Shown in pieces: positions 54,278-64,000 of a DNA stretch of 64,000 bases (positions within the stretch are counted from its first letter, which is position 1; the number at the start of each line of letters is the position of its first letter). Source of the DNA: Eledone cirrhosa (lineage: Eukaryota). The notes beneath the pieces were generated by a model. It made no database searches. It was not told the origin of the DNA and was given only the letters and a program-made list of their open reading frames with translations. The translations under genes and the position numbers were made by a program. The stretch spans positions 49,724,001 to 49,788,000 of the forward strand of contig OZ024745.1 of NCBI GenBank assembly GCA_964016885.1, written 5' to 3'.

Positions 54278-54983
54278 TTAGATCTGAAAATCGATTAAAC
54301 GTGTTTATCATCTTCTCCATTTACAGGGAGGTTCGTATTTTCTGGCATGTTTATATCCCTACATATTAGATATGTGTATATATTTTATACATGTTGGTGC
54401 AGTCTCGGTTACACATTCTGTATTTATACAGATATAACTTTATGATTTACATATGTATGTAAATCATCATCATCATCATCATCACCGTTTTACGTCCGTT
54501 CTTCCACGCTAGCATGGGTTAGACGGGTTGTCCTGTTGTGTGCAGTGTCTGGTCGGCTGACCATGCCTTGCTCATACAGGAACTGGTCTGGCTTGATTTC
54601 TACAGCTGGATGCCCTTCCTAACACCAACCTCATTTACAGTGAGTGCTGGGTGCTTTTTCGTGGCGCCTACACGTCCACTTTACAGTGTGGGCTGGGTGC
54701 TTTTTTGCCGTGGCACCTCCACGACCACCTTGCGGTGGGGGGGAGTGGGGGCATATTGTTTATATGCTTCAGCATGTACCCATGGGAGGTCGGGTACCCT
54801 GTATTACTGCGTGACGCCAGAGGTCACGGTCGTGTGTCATTGACTTTGAGATGTATGTATATATATATATATATATTATATCTATGCATATATAGATATA
54901 TACATGCACACACACACACATATATGTGTATATATACATACGTATACGTATATATGTACACACACATATATATATATGTATGT

Positions 54984-55014
<31 letters not shown>

Positions 55015-55235
55015 AATCATATAGAAACCAATATTAACAAATGTCATCTACTTTTTTCTCTCTTTTTTTTTCTTTCGTATTGCCAGATCGAGTTCAGACG
55101 TCTGACTATACTGGTCCCCAGTGTTATGTCCTTACACGTCCTAATCGCTATAGTTTTGCCCTAGTATTTTACTTCACACACACGCGCGCGTGTGCGTCTT
55201 TTTATTGCTTTATTCACACGCATAGAAACAATGTG

Positions 55236-55335
55236 AAGGCGTGTGGCTGAGTGGTTAGAGAATTGGATTCACAATCTTGAGGTTGTGAGTTCGATTCCTG
55301 GACCGGGCGATGCGTTATGTCCTTGAGCAAGACAC
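55236..55335 (+). mobile_element. tRNA-derived SINE head (relatives at ~455-555, ~1085-1340, ~20060-20135, ~50780-50885)
   Basis: A-box TGGCTGAGTGG and B-box GTTCGATTCC, followed by the shared SINE body TCCTTGAGCAAGACACTTTATTTCAC instead of a tRNA 3' acceptor strand. Confidence 0.75.
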
Positions 55336-55637
55336 TTTATTTCACGTTGCTCCTTCTACCTGGAGTTGCGACCGATAGATAGTACTAGCAACTGGAAAGA
55401 CCAACGGAAACATTGTTTCCTCGGTCCGATTTGACGAAAGTCGATCGATTGAAAAAAAAATAGAAACAAACACTCACTCACATACATACACGCACACACA
55501 CACACATACATACATATAAACATATATATATATGTGTGTGTGTATACATATATATTACATATATGTGTGTGTGTATACAATATATATATATTGTTATATT
55601 TGGGGAGGGTCATATTGTCATAATATTGCCAGAAATA

Positions 55638-55820
55638 ATAATTGTTTCTACTTTTGGCACAAGGCCAGCAATTAGCCAGTACATTACTGGTACTTTATTT
55701 TATCGACCCCGTAAGGATGAAAGGCAAAGTTAACCTCAGCGAGATTTGAACTCAAATCATAAAGGGACGCAACTCTATGCTTCAAAGCATGGCGTCCGAC
55801 CCTCTACTGATACTGCCAAT
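55638..55820 (-). mobile_element. SINE copy (same family as 6871-7049), reverse orientation
   Basis: Reverse complement of 6871-7049. Confidence 0.8.
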
Positions 55821-56049
55821 CCACTAGAACACACTCACTGTTTGGTTTGGGTTGGTTTTCGTTTCTGTATCTTTTATATTTCGATAGTTAATTTATCTGG
55901 CAATCAATGTTTATCATTGATTGACCAACGGTTAAAAATACAGATATAAATATATATATAACATATATATACTATATATATAACATATATATATATAGTA
56001 ACAGCCGTACTAAGAGTGGGGAATGAAATTTCGTTTCATTTTTTCCGCT

Positions 56050-56083
<34 letters not shown>

Positions 56084-56143
56084 TAAAAAAATAATGAATA
56101 AAACAATGAAACAGTTCCTTATATTAAACAAAAAAAGTTCATT

Positions 56144-56285
56144 ATTTAACGATCGTTTCTAGGATATATATGTGTTAGAATTGGCATGCATATTCAACAG
56201 ATCTATGTACAAAATTATACAAAATTATACAAACTATCAAAATTAAATATACATACCAACACATATATATGCCGTCTTCAGAAAT
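56144..56285 (-). ncRNA. Penelope-type minimal hammerhead motif with long stem II (imperfect)
   Basis: Minus strand: ATTT-CTGAAGA-CGGC-[ATATATATGTGTTGG...CTAACACATATATAT]-CCTA-GAAAC-GATC-GTT-AAAT. Confidence 0.55.
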
Positions 56286-56448
56286 CTATTCCGTTTATCT
56301 TTCACCGAAAGTGATTTTTCATTGCATCTCTTCTTTCCATGATATCCGGATTACATATATATGCCGTCTTCAGAAATGTATTCCGTTTATCTTTCACCGA
56401 AAGTGATTTTTCATTGCATCTCTTCTTTCCATGATATCCGGATTACAT
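56261..56448 (+). repeat. 92-bp tandem duplication
   Basis: Copies start at 56261 and 56353 and are near-identical. Confidence 0.9.
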
Positions 56449-56527
56449 TGAGTTCTTCATACGGATTGGACACTACCGTAAACTCTTGGTAGATTTATCT
56501 ACACATATATCTATATCTATATAGTTC

Positions 56528-56619
56528 TTATCATGTTTCCTCCTATTGCGTCGTGTTTACGCCATTTTTATTTCAACAAAAATGGCGTAAACACGACACA
56601 ATAGGAAGAAACATGATAA
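56528..56619. repeat. Inverted repeat, 42-bp arms with 8-nt loop
   Basis: 56528-56569 vs 56578-56619, two mismatches. Confidence 0.95.
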
Positions 56620-56669
56620 TAGTACCACTGATGATGTTGCAGATGTGCAACGAAAGAACTTTGTTAGAC

Positions 56670-56743
<74 letters not shown>

Positions 56744-56793
56744 TATATATTAAAATATAAGTATTAATAAAATAGATGTTCTTTTGATCAATT

Positions 56794-56850
56794 ACATTTT
56801 ATTATACATATTTCGGATGTACAACAGTACGTCCTCATCAGACAAAATAT
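56794..56850 (-). ncRNA. Minimal type-I hammerhead ribozyme (Penelope-type)
   Basis: Minus strand: ATATTTTGT-CTGATGA-GGACGTAC-TGTT-GTACATCC-GAAA-T-ATGT-ATA^ATAAAATGT; complete core, 8-bp stem II (1 mismatch), 9-bp stem I, AUA cleavage triplet. Confidence 0.75.
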
Positions 56851-56904
56851 AATGATACATTATTTCACATAAAAAAATCTTGCAAAACAAATACTAACAC
56901 GAAT

Positions 56905-58393
56905 CTAGTGACATGATTGATACAGCTAAGTGTGATGAATACAGGTCAGAAGAGGACGACCAACCAGTGCCTTTGACCCAAGCCGAACTCAATAACCTGA
57001 CACGAGACCTGAACCTTTCGAAGGAGTCTGCCCAGCTACTGGGTTCTCGTCTTCGAGAGAAACGTCTACTGGCGCCAGGAACAACATTCTATTGGTATCG
57101 GGACAGCGAGAGAGAATTTAGAAAATTCTTCATGTTTGATGAAGCATCTTCACTGGTCTACTGTAGCAATATTGCTGACCTGATTGAATTACTTGTTCTG
57201 AAGTATGATGCTATGGAATGGAGACTTTTCATTGACTCATCTAACGGAAGTCTCAAAGCAGTTCTTCTGAATATTGGAAACAAGTTTTCATCGATCCCTG
57301 TTGGGCACTCAGTTGAAATAAAAGAATCCCACAAAAGCATGGAACGTCTGTTGTCTGCTCTGAACTACCAGAAACATAAATGGTTGAACTGTGGAGATCT
57401 TAAAGTTGTTGGACTCATCCTAGGACTTCAAGGTGGTTACACAAAGTATCCATTCTTTCTGTGCTTATGGGATAGCCGTGCTGATGACCAGCATTATGTC
57501 AGACAAGAGTGGCCATTAAGACAAGGATTAAAACCTGGATCACACAACCTTTTGTCCCACCCTCTGGTTGAACCAAGCAAGATATTGCTTCCAACCCTCC
57601 ACATCAAACTCGGTCTCATGAAGAACTTTGTAAAGGCATTGGACAGGGAAGGTGGAGGATTTGCTTTCCTCCATCAGAAGTTTCAAAGAAAAAGCATGGA
57701 GAAAATTAAGGCAGGTATATTTGATGGTCCTCAAATAAGGGAACTCATCAAGGATACTAGTTTTGATGATGCACTGAATCCTGCTGAACTCTCTGCCTGG
57801 TTGTCCCATTGCAAACTTCCTTGGCAACCACGGAAGTTCCCAGTATCAGAAGGTGGTTGATGAGTTAATGGAGAATTTCCGCCAACTTGGTGCGCGCATG
57901 TCAGTGAAAATGCACTTCCTCCGGTCTCATCTGGACTATTTTCCAGAGAATTGTGGAGACTTCAGTGAAGAACATGGTGAGCGCTTTCACCAAGATATCA
58001 GTGTTATGGAGGAACGCTATCAAAGCCGATGGGATGTCAACTTTCTGGCCGACTACTGCTGGTGCCTAAAGAGGGATGCGCAGTCTGCTCAGCACAGACG
58101 GAAGTCCCCGAAGAGACCATTCATCCATGAGTAGCTTCCTTAGTTCATTATACTCTTCTTGCTATCTATTCAAAATATTTTGTAAACCTTCTGTGAATAA
58201 ATCAGTCTAATATTTTCAATATTGCGTTTTATTCACCTACAAATAGATCGGAATTTAGGATATTTTTAATGTGCTAATATTTCATTAACCTGATCTGATT
58301 GAGTAAAATGAGCATGATTTTTGGATTCAGTGCAAAAAACTGGCCTAAAATCATGTATTATATGTTAGACCTTGAAAACATCGCAGACCAGTG
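56905..58393 (+). mobile_element. Chapaev3-like DNA transposon, right end retained
   Basis: Ends ...CGCAGACCAGTG at 58393 followed by TTA, consistent with CAC/GTG termini and a TWA target; left end not found. Confidence 0.7.
56913..58134 (+). pseudogene. Chapaev3-type (CMC superfamily) DDE transposase, 5'-truncated and frameshifted
   Basis: QAELNNLTRDLNLSKESAQLLGSRL..WRLFIDSS..GDLKVV..LGLQGGYTKYP..CLWDSR..LHIKLGLMKNFVKAL..FDGPQIR, then a frameshift near 57809 (IANFLGNH continues in another frame) and KMHFLRSHLDYFPENCGDFSEEHGERFHQDI..ADYCW. The N-terminal Cys-rich domain is absent. Confidence 0.85.
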
Positions 58394-58459
58394 TTATTTA
58401 TTGTTTGCATAAGTAACACAATTATTCGGGTTATACATATATATATATACCCCCCCCCC

Positions 58460-58496
<37 letters not shown>

Positions 58497-58866
58497 ACGT
58501 CAAAACGGCAAGTCTGAAAAATGAAACTAATTTTTGACAGTTACGTACACTCACTCATCTGAATAGATTTGTGTATATATAGTCCTGTATAAACTTCGAG
58601 ATGACTATAATGCAGACACACGCAATTGTATGGATTTCTTAATATATATATATATGTGTGGGTGTGTATATGTGTGTATATATATGTGTGTGTATGTATA
58701 TATATATATATGTGTGTGTTTGTATATATATATATGTGTGTTTGTATATATATATGTGTTTGTATATATATATGTGTGTATATGTGTACATATACACACA
58801 TATATATGTTGTACATGTGTATATACATCTATAAGTTTGTGGATGTGTGTAAAAAAATATCACGTA

Positions 58867-59867
58867 CTAGCATTAAAGCCCGGCGTTGCTCGGGGTCATT
58901 AAGTTACCAAAGTTAGGTTGCACCACCCATTTTATGGCAGCACTTTTTTGTCTGCCAGGCACTGGGTGAATGAATTGCAGACCTGGAAGCATGAGCTGCG
59001 CCAGCAGTGACAATTGTAGTTTCGCCTATGGATATTATCTCTGTGCAAAAAAGTGTTGAAATTTATTGTTTCACAGTACTTGCGCAACACGCGCGTAGAC
59101 GATGCCAGCCGAACAACAGAGCTGCGATGGAGTTGTTCTGCATGGTTGTCTGTGTTTTCTAAATTTAAGACAGTAGGGAGGGGTGTGATATGGGGGAGAG
59201 TTAGCTGTTGTTTCTAGCAGGTTTAGTGACCTCATAGAGGATATGTGTTTTCTAAATTTAAGACAGTAGGGAGTGGTGTGATATGGGGGAGAGTTAGCTG
59301 TTGTTTCTAGCAGGTTTAGTGACCTCATAGAAGATATGTTTTCTAAATTTAAGACAGTAGGGAGGGGTGTGATATGGAGGAGAGTTAGCTGCTGTTTCTA
59401 GCAGGTTTAGTAACCTCATAGAGGATATGTGTTTTCTAAATTTAAGACAGTAGGGAGTGGTGTGGGGAGGGGTGTGATATGGGGGAGAGTTAGCTGCTGT
59501 TTCTAGCAGGTTTAGTAACCTCATAGAGGATATGTGTTTTCTAAATTTAAGACAGTGGGGAGTGGTGTGAACGGACAGTATCACCATCAAGCTTGGAAAG
59601 AGAAAGTAGCAGAAAGTATGAAGTTGTATAGATTTTGAATGGTAGTAGAAAGATTTCAGCAGTTTAAATAAGAGAGAAAAATCGTAAAATATTGAGTTTT
59701 ATCTATTTTTTTGCGTAATTGTGGGTGAAATTGAAAAAATTATCTGCTTCAAGACGCAATCGAAACTATTTCGAATACTGAATTGTAAATTTCAATTGAA
59801 GAAATTCTATATCGTAGATTTCTATAACGAAGGAGCATGACCACACACTGAGCTTTATAGATTATGA
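58867..59867 (-). mobile_element. Non-autonomous Helitron-like element nested in the TIR element
   Basis: Minus strand starts A|TC(ATAATCTATAAAGCTCAG) and ends with hairpin CCCGAGCAACGCCGGG, 8 nt, then CTAG|T. Confidence 0.7.
59151..59570 (+). repeat. Tandem array of ~4.5 copies of a ~93-bp unit
   Basis: TGTGTTTTCTAAATTTAAGACAGTAGGGAG..GAGTTAGCTGTTGTTTCTAGCAGGTTTAGTGACCTCATAGAGGATA repeated; first two copies start at 59151 and 59244. Confidence 0.92.
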
Positions 59868-59972
59868 TTCACAATCCAAATTGAAAATAATGACGTACGT
59901 AACTGTCAAAAATTAGTTTCACTTTTGAGACCGGCCGTTTTGACGTATGCTTATAAATATATATATATATAT

Positions 59973-60217
59973 CAGGGGCAGTGGATTCATCTCTGAATGA
60001 GGGGGGGGGGGGGATTTGGTGAGTTTAGTTGTAGTGATTAGTTTAGTTGTTATCAAATATCAATCAAAATATATAAAAAAACTTCGATATGTGATGAACA
60101 TAACATGTATATAAATTGTAGGGCATATGCAAATAGAAGTGTGTTTTGGTAGTTTGGGGAGAAAAATGGAATTATTGTGGGGGGTGGGACCCCCCCCCCC
60201 CAATTCCACTGCCCCTG
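59973..60217. mobile_element. 245-bp MITE with 13-bp TIR (CAGGGGCAGTGGA), hAT-like ends
   Basis: CAGGGGCAGTGGA ... TCCACTGCCCCTG with subterminal G/C runs; inserted in (TA)n, so the TSD is ambiguous. Confidence 0.8.
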
Positions 60218-60485
60218 TATATATATATATATATGTGTGTGTGTATACTTCGTGTTAGTATTTGTATTGCAAGATTTTTTTATGTGAAATAATGTTGAAA
60301 CATTGTTATACTGCCAACAAAATCATACCAACCAATGACGTTTCATTTCTGTTTCTAGGTTAGTTAGATAGTTATTTGATTGTAATATTTAATTGTCAAA
60401 GCTTTCGTCACGCGTTTTGTGACCTTCTCATTGACTATTCTTGTTTCTCTGTCTCCTCCTCGTTTTGATTATGTTTTATTCACTA

Positions 60486-60488
<3 letters not shown>

Positions 60489-60567
<79 letters not shown>
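60489..60567 (+). repeat. (CT)n microsatellite
   Basis: Pure dinucleotide run. Many (TA)n/(CA)n/(TG)n tracts also occur, e.g. 54850-55015, 56674-56750, 58640-58825. Confidence 0.95.
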
Positions 60568-60571
<4 letters not shown>

Positions 60572-61736
60572 TGTGTATATGTATGTTTATTTTCATCTGC
60601 GTATCTAGTGAATCATATTTATGCATTCTCAGGTAAATTTCCACCACCTTCCCCGTATCTTTACTTATCTAAGTGCATACGTATGTGTATGTACTCGTTT
60701 GCGTTTCTGCGCTTTTCCCTCTGTATGTCTGTCTGTGTGCCCATTCTTATGTATCATGCTATTTTTTCTCTCTCAGCCCATCACTAGGTAGTTACACATT
60801 CTATCGAAGGTGGGTTTATACCTATTTCTGCATTCCTTTGTATTTATTCCCGTGGGTCACAATAATTTTGTCATCAATCATTGGGTTGTGGGGCTGATGC
60901 TATTCCATTCTTGCTTTCTATTGGGGGTAGGTTTATTTTCTGTTATGTGGGTTGTTTCCTTAATCTGTCTGATTATTATGTAGATTCAATTTTTATCTTG
61001 TTGTTTACTAGCGAGCCACAATTTTCTAGTTTGTCATGTTGGTAGAGCACCGATGAGTTATTTTATTATATATATATTTTTTTGTTTTTCTTTTTGAGTT
61101 CCCGTGAATGTTCCTTCATTGTTTACCTTATACTATGAGCCGTTTCTCACATGTACGTCGGGGTCGTATTTCTTCATTGACCCTCTCTGCACCTTATGCT
61201 CTATACTACAATACTAGTTTTAAAATTTATCTGTGGATTTACCTTAAAAACTATACAATTTCTATCAGTACAAGCAAGGGTCAACTGCACGTTAAAATTA
61301 ATCATCGAAAAAAAGGACCCCCCCCCCCCCCCCATCCGGTCATAAATAGTTATGAGTTTTGTGCCCACAAATAATTGACTCATTTTTTTTTCAGCTGAGT
61401 GGACATTTTAAATGTGTGTACCCCAAAGCAAATGACCATCTTAACTATAAAGAAAGGAGTGCGGGATTGCGTCCAGAATATATATTTTTACCCCGTTTGT
61501 AAAATAAGTTGGATTACTTTGAATAAATAATGAATGAATATTACATAATTTATGTGCTAAATTTCGTGGCTGTTGATTAAATATATTTTATAGCTTATTT
61601 AAAGACCTTTAAAATTCACTTCTTTAAAATTTTTAAATGTCAACACTTCCGGTTAGCGGCCGTTATATTATAACACTTATAAAAATATCGTATATATTTC
61701 CGTCGCTAATTTTCTCCTAATGCAGTTTATATATAA

Positions 61737-63745
61737 CTAGCAGAGGTACCCGGCGTTGCTCGGATATTAAATAGCAGTTGTGTATACCATTTATGTCAAT
61801 ACTTCAGTGCTGCTTCGAAAAGTATACTTTTACAAAATCATCGGCTATTTCCAAAAGGGGGTTCTTGCCCCCCAGGGGTCCCCTACTCAATATGTGCCAA
61901 TTCTGAGAGTTCATATTCATCTGTAGGACAAACGTAGCCCATGTGTCAAGTTTTGTGAAAATCGGTTGCGAACTCCAGAAGTTATGACGTTTTGTTGCAT
62001 TGCCCTGCAGTGCTTCAGTCGACTCCAAGGAAGTGGTTAAAGTGGTTAAAGGGGTTATCTGCCGGGGGGGGGGGGGGGGGAGGCTATAATCAATATCTGG
62101 AAAAATGACAGTGCCCATGACCACCCGGAGTACATAAGTAACCTATGTCTTAAGTTTGGTGAAAATACTGTAGAAATGCATAAGATTTATACATACGCGC
62201 GTGCGTTTGTGTGTGTTTGTGTGTGTGTGTGCGTGGGGGGGGGGGTATGTATTTGTGTGTGCGTATGTATGTGTGTGTGTGGGGGGGGGTTGTATTTGTG
62301 TGTGCGTATGTATGTGTATGTCCGTCGGGGCATACGTATGTACTGGCCTAAATCTTCACTATTTACTTTTACTATTTAATAACCTCTGTCATTTTCGTTT
62401 TCAATTTTATTTACATTATTCTTAAACTCCGGGGCTGGAAATCATTCTGTTATTTTAAATAGAATATTAGTCTAACGACTCCATTTATACCATAAACTTG
62501 GTCTTGTCTTTGCATGAAATTGTTCTTTCCGTTCCACATAACGACGTATTATCCTCGCTTTTTTTCCGTTCATTGCCAGGGAACGTCTTCACGAACCAAA
62601 ATATCGTCTTCCTGTTTTCGTTGGGTTGCAAGGTTTCTCGAAATATTTACTTCTGCGTTCACAGATTACTCTCAGTTCAATTTGAATGGGAAATTCCTGT
62701 TTCATCGATTTTCTCCGTAACCATAGAAGCTTATAGTAGCCAAAAGTTTATTAACAGCAAAATAACGTTGTCTTTGATATGTTATTTTAAATAAGACAAT
62801 GATTTGAAAAAATACTACTTACTGTTAGTGGTGGTTAACATGTATTAGAAATAAAATGAAAATGATATCTGAAAAAACGTACTTGAGAACATGACTCCCT
62901 TCTTCGCAATTTAAGGGTTTTATTTCTTTTGATGGAAAACAGTGACTGTTTTCGGTTTGGCATTTCGTAAAATGATACTGCAGAATTGATTTCATAAAAC
63001 GGTACTGTATGATAGTTTACACTTTGATTGCCCTGGTCAGCAAGAAGGGCCTCTATATATTAGATATTTATTAGAAGAGGGGGAAATAACTAACCCCAGT
63101 ATTAGAACAGGAGGTTCGCAATGTAAGGGTTTTATTTCTTTTGTTAGAAAACAGTTACCTTTTTCGTTTTGGCATTTCGTAAAATTCTACTGCAGAATCG
63201 ATTTCATAAAACAGTGCGGTATGATCGTTATAGAATTATTTAAATTTAATATAGAGCAATTGTATTTTAAAAATGAAAATGAAACGTACTGTAGTAGCCA
63301 AAAGTTTATTAACAGCGAAATAACGTTGTCTTTGATATGTTATTTTAAATAAGACAATGAATCGAAAAATACTACTTACTGTTAGTGGTGGTTAACATGT
63401 ACTTGAGAACATGACTCCCTTCTTCGCATTTTAAGGGTTTTATATCTTTTGATGGAAAACAGTGATCGTATGTTAACAACGAAAGAAAGCTGCGAAAGAA
63501 CGCAGCGAAATAAATTGATGAGTTAGTATTAGAACAGGGGGAAATAACTCACCGAACGCGATAGTTTTGGGGCCCCAGGGACCACATTTTTTAAGTTAGA
63601 GATTTGAAACCTCGTCTATTTGTTTCCTTGGCACTTTTTACATAGGTGTGTAAATTTCCATGTCCGTCCGACCACGTCTACTACCATTTAACCGTGCACA
63701 TCTGAATTTCAACCACCGCCCATTTCACAAATCTATATTATATAT
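61737..63745 (-). mobile_element. Second non-autonomous Helitron-like element with internal duplications
   Basis: Same 3' end signature as 58867 (plus strand ACTAGC..CCCGGCGTTGCTCGG at 61736-61763). Internal direct repeats 62734-62945 vs 63292-63465 and ~62910-63015 vs ~63120-63225. The 5' end near 63745 is approximate. Confidence 0.6.
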
Positions 63746-64000
63746 CGTCTTTTTTTTTAATGTATCATGGATTACGTTACTGATTACATAAGACAGTGTA
63801 ACATAGACTTCGTTCAATTTCTGTGTATATTGTCAATTACGATTTTATTTGATGTATCATATCTACATGTATATATATTTGTGTATAATATCAATATATA
63901 CACTACACATGCTAGCAAAAAACCACTGCTAGTAATAATAATAATCGATCACTATAGACAATAGTTACGAAAATCGGGCCAAGTACTCCTGGAAGTGAAC

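Larger units (their letters stand above)
58493..59950. mobile_element. Non-autonomous TIR element with ~56-bp imperfect TIRs, in a (TA)n tract
   Basis: GCATACGTCAAAACGGC..GAAACTAATTTTTGACAGTTACGTAC at 58493-58548 is the reverse complement (few mismatches) of 59895-59950. Confidence 0.85.

Noticed and set aside
54651-55250. ORF-track proteins rich in Y/I/H/T/C/V (also 58541-58916, 49135-49458, 62176-62425)
   Set aside because: Translations of (TA)n/(CA)n/(TG)n microsatellites.
55236-55310. tRNA gene
   Set aside because: A/B boxes present, but it continues into a shared SINE body and lacks a proper acceptor stem; many diverged copies in the window.
59151-59570. CRISPR-like array (also 50521-50745, 40580-40775)
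   Set aside because: Head-to-tail repeats without unique spacers, eukaryotic context, no cas genes.

Overview
AT-rich, intron- and repeat-rich animal genomic DNA. The tRNA-derived SINE families and gene structure suggest an octopus/coleoid cephalopod (inference). I reconstructed three spliced protein-coding genes exon by exon with consistent phases. (1) FIG4/SAC3 phosphoinositide 5-phosphatase: + strand, 23 coding exons, 5675-30046, 916 aa, with a U12-type intron of unusual AT-AG termini. (2) A 381-aa gene matching only the N-terminal RRM part of nucleolar protein 8 (NOL8): - strand, 39079-32224, with a U12 AT-AC intron. (3) A 246-aa gene matching only the C-terminal part of NOL8: + strand, 40836-50478. 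Genes 2 and 3 are head-to-head around a ~0.3-0.4 kb region containing E-boxes, so NOL8 appears to be split into two divergently transcribed genes. This is the main finding. The right 13 kb is a transposon graveyard: RTE LINE pieces, a 5'-truncated Chapaev3-type transposase, two Helitron-like elements, MITEs, and a cluster of Penelope-type minimal hammerhead ribozyme motifs, one with an intact core. Other hairpins include an 86-bp palindrome and a pre-miRNA-like stem. Homology calls are from recognition of motifs, not from database searches.
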